From: Verrucomicrobiales bacterium
Lineage (GTDB): Bacteria; Verrucomicrobiota; Verrucomicrobiia; Verrucomicrobiales; V1-33
Assembly: GCA_031411295.1 (NCBI GenBank)
Contig: JANOAV010000035.1
Span: 32,001-96,000, forward strand
DNA length: 64,000 nucleotides
Direction of reading: 5' to 3'
Shown here: positions 31,651 to 42,074 of the stretch, in pieces
Layout of the letters: each line of letters opens with the position of its first letter
Position numbering within the stretch: the stretch's first letter is position 1
Made by a program: the position numbers and the translations under genes
Notes under the pieces: model-generated
Seen by the model: only the letters and a program-made list of their open reading frames with translations
What the model was told of the DNA's origin: nothing
The model's database searches: none

Positions 31651-31885
31651 GACCCGGAGGGTCAACAAGAGAGTAGCCGGGGTGACCGAGGAACGAGGGA
31701 ACCCCCGGTAACTCAAGGATTCGCCACCGCCCCGGCAGCGGCGGGAGAAAGGACCATGGCTAGATTTCAATGGCTATGGGCGGTTCTCGCGTCCCTGCCG
31801 GGACGCTTTTCCAATTACCTGCAATCCGGGGATTCCGGTCGTTCCTCCCTGCATCCCCGGCTACTATCTTTTGACCCTCCGGGTC
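31651..31885. repeat. REPIN-like long inverted repeat
   Basis: ~58-bp arms gacccggagggtcaacaagagagtagccgggg... / ...ccccggctactatcttttgaccctccgggtc, containing GTAG/CTAC. Confidence 0.85.
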
Positions 31886-31964
31886 ATCAAACCCTTATTT
31901 CATATGGAACACAGCCTTAACTTTTTGTCCTGCAACCACCGATGCCACCTTGAGCAATAACTTC

Positions 31965-32005
31965 TTGCTTTATAACTCACGATTTGGTATAATCGTGAGC
32001 TATAA
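31965..32005 (+). promoter_or_regulatory. Fic promoter with overlapping inverted-repeat operator
   Basis: TTGCTT-N17-TATAAT overlapped by ttataactcacgatt-N6-aatcgtgagctataa. Confidence 0.75.
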
Positions 32006-32023
32006 CCGACAAGAATGTAACTC

Positions 32024-33163
32024 ATGCCCATCAAAAAAACTTGGACTTGGCAAAAGCCAGACTGGCCGAACTTCTGCTATGACAGCACCAAGCTTGTAAA
32101 CTTGGAGGCAGAATTCTTGCGGCAAACTGGCGTCTTCAGCGGTGCAATTCGCCATGTGGGCACAGAGGATCAGCAGCAGCTAACCATTGAACTCATTAGC
32201 GACGAGGCACTTTTCACCTCCGAAATCGAAGGGGAAATTCTCAGTCGCGATAGCTTGCAATCATCCATCCGCCGCAACCTTGGGCTGACGACTGACAATC
32301 GGAGGATTCCGCCTGCCGAGCACGGCATCGCGCAAATGATGGTGGAGCTTTACAAAGATTTTGCCAAGCCACTCACTGACCGAACGCTCTTTCACTGGCA
32401 TGAGTTACTAATGAATGGCAGGCGAGATTTGAAGGACATTGGACGGTATCGCACCGACGAGCACCCTATGCAGGTAGTGTCTGGAGCCATCCACGATCCA
32501 AAGGTGCATTTCGAAGCCCCGCCATCTAGCCGCGTTTCCGCAGAGATGAAGTGCTTCCTGGAGTGGTATCAACGCACCGCTCCAAGTGGGGCGGAACCAT
32601 TGCCGATCCTAAGGCGTGCGGGCATCGCGCATCTTTATTTCGTGTGCATCCATCCCTTTGAAGATGGCAATGGACGCATTGGACGCGCCCTTTGTGAAAA
32701 GGTGATTTCCGAAGGTTTAGCATACGCCGCACTCATTGCCCTTTCCGCCACGATCAATGCCCAGCGCAAGACCTATTACGAAATGCTAGAGGCGAACAAT
32801 CAGCACTGCGAAATCACCAAATGGCTAGTTTACTTTGCCCAGACCGTTCTTGCCGCCCAAGCCCACTCGCTGGCATTGGTGGATTTCCTCATCGCTAAGA
32901 CCAAACTCTACGACCGCATTCGGGGCAAGCTCAACGAGCGTCAGGATAAAGCCATCACCCGCATGTTCCGTGAAGGCCCCAGCGGCTTCAAAGGCGGCTT
33001 GAGCGCTGAGAACTACCTCCGCATAACAGGAACCTCACGCGCCACAGCTACGCGCGATTTGCAAGAACTGGTGGAAATGAAAGCTCTCACCCGCACCGGA
33101 AGCTTGAAGAGCACACGCTACCATCTCGCCCTTGCTCCTTCCCGCTTACCGTTGGCATCATGA
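32024..33163 (+). CDS. Fic family protein (DUF4172 N-terminus, C-terminal HTH)
   Basis: WTWQKPDWPNF, HPFEDGNGRIGR, SRATATRDL. Confidence 0.93.
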   Translation: MPIKKTWTWQKPDWPNFCYDSTKLVNLEAEFLRQTGVFSGAIRHVGTEDQQQLTIELISDEALFTSEIEGEILSRDSLQSSIRRNLGLTTDNRRIPPAEHGIAQMMVELYKDFAKPLTDRTLFHWHELLMNGRRDLKDIGRYRTDEHPMQVVSGAIHDPKVHFEAPPSSRVSAEMKCFLEWYQRTAPSGAEPLPILRRAGIAHLYFVCIHPFEDGNGRIGRALCEKVISEGLAYAALIALSATINAQRKTYYEMLEANNQHCEITKWLVYFAQTVLAAQAHSLALVDFLIAKTKLYDRIRGKLNERQDKAITRMFREGPSGFKGGLSAENYLRITGTSRATATRDLQELVEMKALTRTGSLKSTRYHLALAPSRLPLAS

Positions 33164-34773
33164 AATTCCTTTCCATTCTAGCAGCACTGGCGTCTTGCGG
33201 TTTGTTAATGGCGCTCTTCAAGCACTCGGCTGCGCTGCCGGAGCGGTATGATTTGGTGATTGAAAATGCGCGCCTTGCCGATGGAACCGGCGGACCCATC
33301 GTGATGGGCAGCATTGGCATTCGGCAGGGCAGAATCGTGGCGCTGGGCGAACTGGACGGCTCGATGGCGGCTGACCGAATCGATGCGAAGGGAAAAGTCG
33401 TAGCCCCAGGATTCATCGATGTGCATACCCACTCGGAGGACATTGCCAGCCTGCCAGTGGCGGAAAATTTTCTGCGCATGGGAGTGACGACCATCGTGAC
33501 GGGCAACTGCGGTGCCTCCGACACGGACATTGCGAAGTTTTTCCAAAAAGTGGAACAGACGAAGTGTGCGGTGAATGTGGCCACCCTCGTGGGACACAAT
33601 TCCGTGCGCACTCTAGCCATGCATGGCAGTTGGGATCGACCGCCCACGACGGATGAACTGGAAAAAATGAAGCAGTTAGTGGATCAAGGCATGCGCGACG
33701 GAGCAGTAGGGCTCAGCACCGGCCTGATCTATCTACCCGGCACGTTCGCGAAGCCGGAGGAAATCATTGAGCTAGCCAAAGTGGCATCGGCTCATGGCGG
33801 AATTTATGCCAGCCACATGCGGGCGGAAAATGTAAAAATCTTCGATGCGCTGAATGAAGTTTTTCGCGTGGCACGGGAAGCAAAGATTCGGGCGGAGGTT
33901 TCCCATTTGAAATTATCCGGTCCATCGGCTTGGGGGAAGGCGGATGAGGTGATCGCAGCGCTGAATAAGGCCCGAGCGGAAGGCTTGCAGATTACGCACG
34001 ACGCCTACGCCTACAATGCCTCCAGCACCACCCTATCACAATTAATTCCGGACCAAGCGCGCGAAGGCACAGACGCAGACTTCCTGGCACGTCTCCAAGA
34101 TCCAGCGAAAAAGGCGGAAATCATGGTGGGCATGAAGGAAATGCTGCAACGTTCCGGCCGTGAGGATTACCGCTATGCAGTCATCGCGCGTTTTCGTCCA
34201 GATGCCACCTTGGTGGGGAAAAACATCGCTGAGGCCGCCAAGCTAACTCGCGGCTCGGATTCGCTGGAGGATCAGGTGGAGACGATATTAGAGATCCACC
34301 GTCGGGGCAGTGGCAGCGGAGTCTTCCATGGGATGAGTGAGGCGGATTTGCAACAATTCCTGCGGCATCCGCTAACCATGATTGCCAGTGATGGCGGCCC
34401 GCGTTCCTGCAAGCCCAGCACGGACGCCTCCCATCCGCGCAGCTATGGCAACAACGCCCGTGTGCTGGCGCGGTATGTGCGGGAGCAGAAAATCCTAACT
34501 CTGGAGGAAGCCGTGCGACGCATGACTTCATTGCCCGCACAGACTTTCCATTTTGGGGATCGTGGCAAACTGCGTGTGGGCGCCTGGGCGGACATGGTGA
34601 TCTTCGATCCGGCCACAGTCACTGATAAATCCACCTACGATGACCCGCACCATGTCTCTGAGGGATTCACAGATGTCATTGTCAACGGCTTGCCTGTGCT
34701 GCGAAACAACGAACTCACTGGCGAGCGATCCGGACAAGTGTTGCGGGCAGCACCGTCGCTGCAGACGCCCTAA
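33160..34773 (+). CDS. N-acyl-D-amino-acid deacylase (amidohydrolase)
   Basis: PGFIDVHTH, GNCG, STGLIY, SHMR, SHLK, HPRSYG, ADMVIFDP. Confidence 0.9.
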   Translation: MKFLSILAALASCGLLMALFKHSAALPERYDLVIENARLADGTGGPIVMGSIGIRQGRIVALGELDGSMAADRIDAKGKVVAPGFIDVHTHSEDIASLPVAENFLRMGVTTIVTGNCGASDTDIAKFFQKVEQTKCAVNVATLVGHNSVRTLAMHGSWDRPPTTDELEKMKQLVDQGMRDGAVGLSTGLIYLPGTFAKPEEIIELAKVASAHGGIYASHMRAENVKIFDALNEVFRVAREAKIRAEVSHLKLSGPSAWGKADEVIAALNKARAEGLQITHDAYAYNASSTTLSQLIPDQAREGTDADFLARLQDPAKKAEIMVGMKEMLQRSGREDYRYAVIARFRPDATLVGKNIAEAAKLTRGSDSLEDQVETILEIHRRGSGSGVFHGMSEADLQQFLRHPLTMIASDGGPRSCKPSTDASHPRSYGNNARVLARYVREQKILTLEEAVRRMTSLPAQTFHFGDRGKLRVGAWADMVIFDPATVTDKSTYDDPHHVSEGFTDVIVNGLPVLRNNELTGERSGQVLRAAPSLQTP

Positions 34774-37700
34774 TGTTCCTTCGTAGAGGCCTTCGCTTTG
34801 GCCTTTTGACTGGCAAGGTAGGCGACGACGTCACGAAGCTGACGCTTCGTTAGGATGGCCGACATGGGGGGCATCACGGAGATAGGCGGGGTCATGCTGG
34901 CGATGGTGGTTCTGGGAATCACCTTCGTCGCGCCTTCGGGGAGTTTTAGGGAAATATTATCGGGCTCTTCTTTGAGCAAGGTGCCGATGATGGCTTCGCC
35001 CTCCTTGGGGGTGATGGTCACCAAGCCGTAGCCGCTGCTTACCACGGCACTGGGGGCGACGAGTGACTCCAGCAGATACCGTGAGTCCTTCTCTTGGCCT
35101 ATTTTGCTTAGGTCCGGCCCCACGGCAGAGCCTCCTTTGCCTTCGAACTGGTGACAGGCCACACAGTTGGCGGCCAGATTGTTGAGCACGATATCGCGCC
35201 CCAGTTTGGCATCACCACCTTCCTGGCATTCGGAGAAATTCAATTTCTCGGTGATCGCAGCGATTTGTTTTGCGCCATCCTTGAGTTTGTCCCCCAAGGC
35301 TGCCGCGGCTTCCAAGATTTCCAACTGCACGGTGGGTGGTTTGCTGGAAAGATTGGTCAGGGCGGTTTGCACGGTCACGACGGCTGCGGGCAAGGTGCCG
35401 AGGACTTTCCAGGCAGTTTGCATATCACTGGCGGATCCTTGGGCTGTCATCGCCACAGCGGACGCGAGGCCTGCGGCTGGATCCACCTGCGCCAGCAGTG
35501 GCAACGCGGTCGGTCGGAGCGCGGACAATTTTTTATCCCGGAAAATTTCCGGGAGCACCTGTTTCAATTCGGGCGCTTGGGGATGTTGGCGGGCCAGTTC
35601 TTGGAGAGCGGTGGTGCGCAGGCTCATGCTGGCTTTGGGTTGTTGCAAAATTCGCACTAACTGGGCGGCATCCAGAGGAATTCGCAAATCCGCCAGCATC
35701 CGGAGCGACAAGGCGTTCAAGTCCTGTTGCGGGCTGGCCAACAGGGTCTGGGCTTTGGGCTCCAGCGCCTGCTTCATGAGGGCTACGTCATGCGGCGGCA
35801 ATTCGCGATACATCCCATCCACCCGATCCAGCGGCGGCGGCTGAGGCCAGAGCGAAATCAAGGTTAACGCCTCCAAGCGCAACGCAGGATCTGCCGATTC
35901 ATTGACGACGAAGGCAACCAAGCGTTGCGCATCGGCGGCGGTTCCGAGGCGGAACGCTGCGTTCAGGGCGCGTCGCTGGCTTAATTCGTCCAACTTGCTG
36001 CCAACAAGTGCGGCTAGCTTCGGCAGGGCCTCGACAATGGAAATGTCATCATGAATCGCCCGGGCGGCCTCCTGGACGATGCTTGGTTCCGCATCCTGAA
36101 GGAAATTCGCACACTGTGCGGAGCGCGAGCGCGCCAAGGCCAGCAAGGCCGCCCGACGCACACTGGAGGTGGGGTCGGTTGCCAAGTTGGCTAGCGCGGT
36201 GGGCTCGGCACAATTTGCCAGAGCCGTGACGTAGGCGTGACGGAGGAAGGCATCGGTGTCGGCTTCCGCCTTGCAGGCAGCGAGCAACAGCGGCACCGCT
36301 TCCGGACATTTGATGCGTCCCAGGGCCAAGCCGGTCAGCAGACGAACACGGGGCTGGGCGTGAGTGAGGAGGCGGCCCAGAGCTTGCGTTAGCGCTGGCG
36401 TTAGGATGCATTCGGAGGCTACTTTGGCGGCTTGGGCCACCACCTCAGTTTCGGTGGAAGCGAAGAGTTTTTCCAATATGGCAACGTTCTCCCATTTCTC
36501 ATCCCGAGCCCCTTGACCTAATCCCCAAAGGGCATGCAAGCGCGCCAACAGGGGGGCCGTTTGCTCCAGCACCAAGCCTTCCAATGCGGCCCACTCATGA
36601 TCTCCGGCTAACGCAAACTGCGCTCCCCGGCGCACGCGCACGTCCGCATGGGCCATCAATTTCACCAACTCCGGGGTTTCCAGTTTATCGAATCCTTTAT
36701 CCAACAAGGCTTGGACTTCTTTGCGTGCAGCCTGATTCGAGGCGTTGGGATCATCGAGGGTCCACACGGCTCCTTTCCCATCCAACGGATAGCCGCCGAT
36801 CCAATCCGCGAAATAGAGTTTCCCATCCGGTCCCCAACTCATGCCGATGCCCATGATGCCGCTGCTGACGACTTCATCCGAGGCGATTTTAAAGCTGGCA
36901 CCCGTGGCTTCGAGGCGGATGGCATTCATTTTCCCGCTGGGAAATTGATTGAGGAAAAAGCAGCCTTGCCATGCGGATCCCAAGGCCGTGCCGGGATTAT
37001 AGGCAAAGCCGGCGGGGCCATCATGGCTGCTGGCCAGCGGCGGCGTGAGGAAGGCGGGTTGCCCGGCCGTGGCTGGTTTCCAGCGATCCTCGTCCATCCA
37101 GGGGCAGAAATTTTTCTGATATTGAAACCCGCAACGCCAGCCGCTATCGCTTTGCTCGGTGATATAAACGAAGCGTTCTTTTTCCCCAGGCTTATCGGCA
37201 TCATTGTCCACGCCGAAGAGGTTGCCGAATTCATCGAAGGCGATCTCCTGCACGTTGCGCAAGCCGTGCGCAAAAATTTCAAATCCTGAGCCGTCCGGCT
37301 CGCAGCGCAGCACGCAGCCTTGATTCGGCTGGGCCACCGCCGGGTGGCGCTTGTATTTCACGTGCACCCCTTTGTCGCCAATCGTCCAATAAATGCGACC
37401 GTCCGGTCCCACGGTTAGGCCGTGCATATCGTGGCCGGCGTAGGCAATGTGATGACCGAAGCCATGCGCGATGGATTTGCCGATGTCGGATTTCCCATCA
37501 TCATCCAAATCTTCCAGGCTCCATAAATCGGGTGCCACCGTTAGGTAAACGCTGCCATCGAAAGCCAGGACGCCCGCCGCAATGCCGCTGACTTCAGTGT
37601 TGTAGCCTTCGCTGAAGAGTAGTTTCTCGTCCGCCACGCCATCGCCATCGGTGTCCGCAACCCGCCAGACGCGTTCTTTGGGCACGGTCAGATCCTGCCA

Positions 37701-38030
37701 ATCGACGGATCCATCTTTGTTCTGATCAATCAGGCTGCCGCTCGGCCCCTTGAGTTTTCCAGGGGCGAGGACGTCGTGATAGAAAGCGATTTTGTCATCG
37801 ATATGTTGGAGTTTCTGATCCGCCACGATCCAGTCCGCGTGCTCGCGGATGTCCAGATCCGCCACCTTGCGACGCGTTGTTTCCGTGACAAAGACGCGCC
37901 CGTGATCGTCCACGCTGCAGGCGACCGGGTCCGCCAAGTTTAACGTGCCGGACCATTTGGTGGCCACTAACTTGGCGGGTTCCGCCATGGCCACGCTCGT
38001 CAAGAGAGCCCAACCAAGGAGGAATTTCAT
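34770..38030 (-). CDS. PVC-type heme-binding protein (glucose-dehydrogenase-like propeller + HEAT repeats + cytochrome c)
   Basis: DGDGVAD, GPDGRIY, GLRN, HEAT-like middle, CVACH...VGPDL...SVMP. Confidence 0.88.
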   Translation of the reverse strand: MKFLLGWALLTSVAMAEPAKLVATKWSGTLNLADPVACSVDDHGRVFVTETTRRKVADLDIREHADWIVADQKLQHIDDKIAFYHDVLAPGKLKGPSGSLIDQNKDGSVDWQDLTVPKERVWRVADTDGDGVADEKLLFSEGYNTEVSGIAAGVLAFDGSVYLTVAPDLWSLEDLDDDGKSDIGKSIAHGFGHHIAYAGHDMHGLTVGPDGRIYWTIGDKGVHVKYKRHPAVAQPNQGCVLRCEPDGSGFEIFAHGLRNVQEIAFDEFGNLFGVDNDADKPGEKERFVYITEQSDSGWRCGFQYQKNFCPWMDEDRWKPATAGQPAFLTPPLASSHDGPAGFAYNPGTALGSAWQGCFFLNQFPSGKMNAIRLEATGASFKIASDEVVSSGIMGIGMSWGPDGKLYFADWIGGYPLDGKGAVWTLDDPNASNQAARKEVQALLDKGFDKLETPELVKLMAHADVRVRRGAQFALAGDHEWAALEGLVLEQTAPLLARLHALWGLGQGARDEKWENVAILEKLFASTETEVVAQAAKVASECILTPALTQALGRLLTHAQPRVRLLTGLALGRIKCPEAVPLLLAACKAEADTDAFLRHAYVTALANCAEPTALANLATDPTSSVRRAALLALARSRSAQCANFLQDAEPSIVQEAARAIHDDISIVEALPKLAALVGSKLDELSQRRALNAAFRLGTAADAQRLVAFVVNESADPALRLEALTLISLWPQPPPLDRVDGMYRELPPHDVALMKQALEPKAQTLLASPQQDLNALSLRMLADLRIPLDAAQLVRILQQPKASMSLRTTALQELARQHPQAPELKQVLPEIFRDKKLSALRPTALPLLAQVDPAAGLASAVAMTAQGSASDMQTAWKVLGTLPAAVVTVQTALTNLSSKPPTVQLEILEAAAALGDKLKDGAKQIAAITEKLNFSECQEGGDAKLGRDIVLNNLAANCVACHQFEGKGGSAVGPDLSKIGQEKDSRYLLESLVAPSAVVSSGYGLVTITPKEGEAIIGTLLKEEPDNISLKLPEGATKVIPRTTIASMTPPISVMPPMSAILTKRQLRDVVAYLASQKAKAKASTKEH

Positions 38031-38848
38031 AGTTTGGACTTCACCAACTTCAGCAATTCCACATGATCTTTCACAATGTATTCCGCGCGCACTTTAACGG
38101 CCTTTTCGCTCAGAAAACGCACGGCGGTGCCGACGCGGGCGTTGCGGGCCAATTCGATATCCCGATCGTGATCGCCAATGAGCCAACTGCCAGCCACGTC
38201 TAAATTATGTTCATCCCGGGCGGCCAGAATCATTCCCGGAGCAGGTTTGCGCATGGGCGAGTTCTCGGACTTCAGGGCGGTGCAGGCATAAATGGCATCG
38301 AAGCTGGCCTTGGGCCCCAGCTCGGTTTGCATCCGCTCATGAATGGCGTCGAGCTGGGCTTGGTTGATGATGCCCTTGCCCACGCATTGCTGATTGGTGA
38401 CCAGCACCAGGAAATAGCCTTTGGTCTTCAGATAGGCCAGCACTTTCTCCACGCCGGGCAGGAAATAGAAATCCCACCAACTCAGGACATAGCTGCCCTC
38501 GCCCGGGGATTCATTGACCACGCCATCGCGATCAAAGAAGATAGCCTTGCGAGGGGCGGGCGGCTTCACGGCTTTGGCCGCCTTGGGCGCAGGGGTGGGT
38601 TTGGCTTTGGCTGGAGGAGCGACCTTCTTCGCCCCCACCTTCTTGGCTGCCACTTTCTTGGCTGCCACCGGTTTGGCCGCGACTTTCTTGGCGATCACCT
38701 TTTTGGGAGCGGCCGGTTTCGCGACTGCTTTCTTAGCCGCCCCTTGCTTGGCGACAGCCTTTTTGGCGACAGTTTTGCGAGCCACAGCCTTCGCAGGGGC
38801 TTTGGCAGAGGAAGATTTGGCGATGGGAGATTTCGGAGCACGACTCAT
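38027..38848 (-). CDS. gmhB: HAD-IIIA phosphatase (GmhB/HisB-like) with Lys/Ala-rich N-terminal extension
   Basis: FFDRDGVVN, VTNQ, RKPAPGM, IGD..RDI; ~95 aa AK-rich N-terminus. Confidence 0.8.
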   Translation of the reverse strand: MSRAPKSPIAKSSSAKAPAKAVARKTVAKKAVAKQGAAKKAVAKPAAPKKVIAKKVAAKPVAAKKVAAKKVGAKKVAPPAKAKPTPAPKAAKAVKPPAPRKAIFFDRDGVVNESPGEGSYVLSWWDFYFLPGVEKVLAYLKTKGYFLVLVTNQQCVGKGIINQAQLDAIHERMQTELGPKASFDAIYACTALKSENSPMRKPAPGMILAARDEHNLDVAGSWLIGDHDRDIELARNARVGTAVRFLSEKAVKVRAEYIVKDHVELLKLVKSKL

Positions 38849-38905
38849 ACGCAGTCCCCATAAACCAACTTCCCAATTCCGCCAAATGCTTTATCTCAGG
38901 ATGCT

Positions 38906-39943
38906 TCAAGATTGGCCCCGGCCATAAACCAGCTTCACATCCCCGCCCAGCGTCCGCAGGTCACGAAGTTCCAAAGCGACGGTGGCCCCGCCGGCAAACG
39001 CGGTGGTATCCACCGCCAGCTTCCCGGTGCCGCAAATCAGCGGGGCGAGATAGACGTGGAATTCGTCCACCAAATCCCCCGCAAATGCTTCCGCAAAGAC
39101 CTGTCCACCGCCTTCGACGAGCAATCCGACGACTCCCAGTTTACCTAACTCCACCAGCACCTCTGATAAATTTTTCCCCGGCCACACCAAAGTGCGATCA
39201 TCGAAACTGTCGGAGAAAATTTTGCTCTCTTCCGGCAATTTCCCCGAGCGGGTCAGCACTACCCGCCACGGTTGGAGCTTCCAAGCGGCCGCCGGGCCCC
39301 GCACCGTGAGGGCGGGATCGTCCTGGCGCACCGTTTCCGCGCCCACTAAAATGGCGTCCGCCCAGACCCGGAGTTCCATGGCGTCCGCCCGAGACTCGAC
39401 ATTAGTTAGCCACTGACCTTCACCCGCCCGCCGGGCGATGCGACCATCAATACTCATGCCCACCTTGGCGATCACGTAGGGCCTTCCGGTGCGGATAAAA
39501 TGAGTCCACGGAGCCAGCAACCGCCGCGCTGAGGCTGCTTGCACGCCCACGGTGACCCGGACTCCCGCTGCCTCCAGAATGGCTCGGGCCCGCCCGGCAT
39601 GAGCGGGGTTGGGATCATCCAGAGCATAAACTACACGACGAATGCCGCTGCGCAAAATGGCCTCCGTGCAAGGGGGGGTCTTTCCCTGAGTGCAGCAGGG
39701 TTCCAGCGTGACATACAACGTGGACGCTGGCAGCAACTGGCGTTGCGCGTCCGACAGCAGCGTCAGCGCAGCGACCTCCGCGTGCGGCCCGCCCGCCTGC
39801 AAATGAGCGCCCGCCGCCAGGAGTTCGCCTGTTTCCGCTACAATCACGGCTCCGACCGGTGGGTTCGGACTCGTGCGTCCCCGTCCCGCAGCGGCCGTTT
39901 CCAGCGCCAATTTCATCCAATGATCATCATCATGTCCGCTCAT
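38906..39943 (-). CDS. ribD: Riboflavin biosynthesis deaminase/reductase
   Basis: TSPNPPVGAV, HAE, TLEPC, SIDG, DDPALT, VEGG. Confidence 0.95.
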   Translation of the reverse strand: MSGHDDDHWMKLALETAAAGRGRTSPNPPVGAVIVAETGELLAAGAHLQAGGPHAEVAALTLLSDAQRQLLPASTLYVTLEPCCTQGKTPPCTEAILRSGIRRVVYALDDPNPAHAGRARAILEAAGVRVTVGVQAASARRLLAPWTHFIRTGRPYVIAKVGMSIDGRIARRAGEGQWLTNVESRADAMELRVWADAILVGAETVRQDDPALTVRGPAAAWKLQPWRVVLTRSGKLPEESKIFSDSFDDRTLVWPGKNLSEVLVELGKLGVVGLLVEGGGQVFAEAFAGDLVDEFHVYLAPLICGTGKLAVDTTAFAGGATVALELRDLRTLGGDVKLVYGRGQS

Positions 39944-40016
39944 AGCGTAATCGTATGTGCAAAAAATGGCTCCTGCAAGTGATGTCCCTGATGCGGGGAG
40001 GCCACCTGCCTGCCGT

Positions 40017-40375
40017 CTAGAGGAGCTTGGTTTTGGCGAATCCCACGGTGGTATTCACCTTGGAAAGCTGGTTGCCTAAGAGCCGTGTTCCCAGCTTGCG
40101 CAAGTAAACGCGGAGGCGGCGTTTGCGATTGGGGGGCCCACTGGTCGGCTACCGCAGCCCACACCCAACAGCTCCGCCAGGCGTCGGAGCAGCGTGGTCG
40201 TCTGAGCCGGATTGACGAGGTCTGAAAACTCAAATAGCTGCGTCGGTCGCCCCTGCCAGAATTCCAGATATTCTTGCAGGGTAGAAGCGACCTCGCTCTT
40301 GCGTTTTAGATCCGTCATCCGTTGATAGGAGCGCACGATCTGGTCATGGGCACGCCGGGGGCTTAGAAGGGTGGT
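40017..40375 (-). pseudogene. Possible decayed gene fragment
   Basis: Protein-like frame (RAHDQIVRSYQRM...LAELLGV) appears to continue after a frameshift (RVYLRKLGTRLLGNQLSKVNTTVGF); no proper start. Confidence 0.3.
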
Positions 40376-40482
40376 CTCCTTCTAGACGAGAGCAACACGC
40401 ATTGTTTATAAATGTGTAACGATTTTTCGTAACATTCTCAAGAAATACCAAACCGAATTCCTCGGAACTTCTCCTTGGAGAA

Positions 40483-41868
40483 CTAGTGCGGAGGTGCCGC
40501 CCCACCCAGATTCTTGGGAGCCCCAGCGCTGGGAGGATGGAAGAGCAAGGCGAGTAACACCGCCGCTGCCAAGGCCGCACCGCAGGGAATGAGGAAGAGT
40601 TTGTTCCATTCCACCACCTTGTCAGCATTCGTGTAATGCTTCAGCAGCATGGGGCCAAAGTAGTAACTGGCCAGAGGACCGCCGCCAAATACCAGCATGT
40701 TGAAGAGTCCCTGCGCACTGGTGCGGATGTCTTTGGGTAAATATTCGTCGATGAAAATATACAGCGTGGCAAAGAAGAACGCGTAGCAAATGCCATGAAG
40801 AATCTGCACCGCCACGATGGCCGACTGGTGATCCGCAAAGAAAGCATACACCCCAAAGCGGGCCGCATGACCAAGAATCCCGATAATCATGGTCATCCGC
40901 CAGCCGAGTTTCGCCAAGACTGCGCCCAGCACTCCCATCGTTAGCAGCTCAGCAACCTGACCAATCGTCATCGTTGGCATGATCCAATTTCCGGCAATCC
41001 CGACGCCTCCCACTTCCTTGGCCGCGCCCAAGAAGGAACCGGTCCACGCAAAATACAAATTATGCACAAAGGCATCCAGGAAAGTAACCAGAAAGAGCAC
41101 GAGGACGAATGGTTTGGCCAGCAGGCCAAACGCCTCCAACCAAGCCTGCGACTGACCTTCCTTCGGTTTCGGGGGGGTGTGTGGCAGTGTCAGGCTAAAC
41201 ACGGAGAGCGCCAGGGAAATGATCGCGCTGACAAGCAGCGTGGTCCGCACCCCAGCCTGCAATTCGGGACCAGTCAGGCCGTTGGCGAAGATGGCACCGA
41301 ACCAATCCTTCAGCGAAGAGGAGGAAAGTGCTGGCACCTTGGCCCAGTCCACCAGAATGAATACAAAAGGCCAAGCGACCAAGATCCAGCCCAGCGTGCC
41401 TCCCATGCGCACGATGCCAAAATCTTTCTTAGCGTCGCTCAGGTGAGAGAAGGCAATGGTATTGGCAATCGACAGCGTGGGCACGTAGAACAAGCAATGC
41501 AGCAACATCAGCCCAAAGAACGGCACGAAGAGTGGGTTCCCAACGGTGCCTGCGGACATCGCTTTCAATTGATCAGCGTCCACCGCAGCATCATGCTTCA
41601 GGAAAAACAGCCCGAGCATCGCCAAGCCGCCAATCAAGTGACTGAAGGACATAAACTTCTCCGCCGCAAATTTCCGATCCGCGAACTGATTACTGAAGAA
41701 CATGGCCACGATGGCTCCGATGGCGAAGGCATTCAGAATCCACGATTGCTGGCCATCCGTAAATCCCAGACTTGGCAAATAGCCAAAGATGAGTGGTAAC
41801 CAAGCTCCCCAGATGGCGATTTCGAGAATCATCATCACAAATAGTTTATTGCGCACAGCGGTATTCAT
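40483..41868 (-). CDS. MFS nucleoside:H+ symporter-like transporter
   Basis: AIWGAWLP, QFADR, RMGGTLGW, LPHTPP, GQVAE, LHGICYAFF. Start at ATG 41868. Confidence 0.9.
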   Translation of the reverse strand: MNTAVRNKLFVMMILEIAIWGAWLPLIFGYLPSLGFTDGQQSWILNAFAIGAIVAMFFSNQFADRKFAAEKFMSFSHLIGGLAMLGLFFLKHDAAVDADQLKAMSAGTVGNPLFVPFFGLMLLHCLFYVPTLSIANTIAFSHLSDAKKDFGIVRMGGTLGWILVAWPFVFILVDWAKVPALSSSSLKDWFGAIFANGLTGPELQAGVRTTLLVSAIISLALSVFSLTLPHTPPKPKEGQSQAWLEAFGLLAKPFVLVLFLVTFLDAFVHNLYFAWTGSFLGAAKEVGGVGIAGNWIMPTMTIGQVAELLTMGVLGAVLAKLGWRMTMIIGILGHAARFGVYAFFADHQSAIVAVQILHGICYAFFFATLYIFIDEYLPKDIRTSAQGLFNMLVFGGGPLASYYFGPMLLKHYTNADKVVEWNKLFLIPCGAALAAAVLLALLFHPPSAGAPKNLGGAAPPH

Positions 41869-42074
41869 AATCGGGGCGATCCTAGGGAGTTCCCCGCAGG
41901 GTGGCAAGCACATAAGTCACGCAACCGAGGACGATTCTGTATGGTGAATTGAGTGAAACATCAGAATCCGTGGGACGGGCCTGCCTTCATTGCCCTCGGT
42001 GGGCCGTTTCGTCGTCGAAGCCAGCGGCTCCGACTCCTCGCGATTCACCGATTTCTCTCTATAAATGGTCTGCG

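Noticed and set aside
40411..40436. Imperfect palindrome tgtaacg-attttt-cgtaaca as a dif site or operator
   Set aside because: Does not match the dif consensus; too weak to assign.
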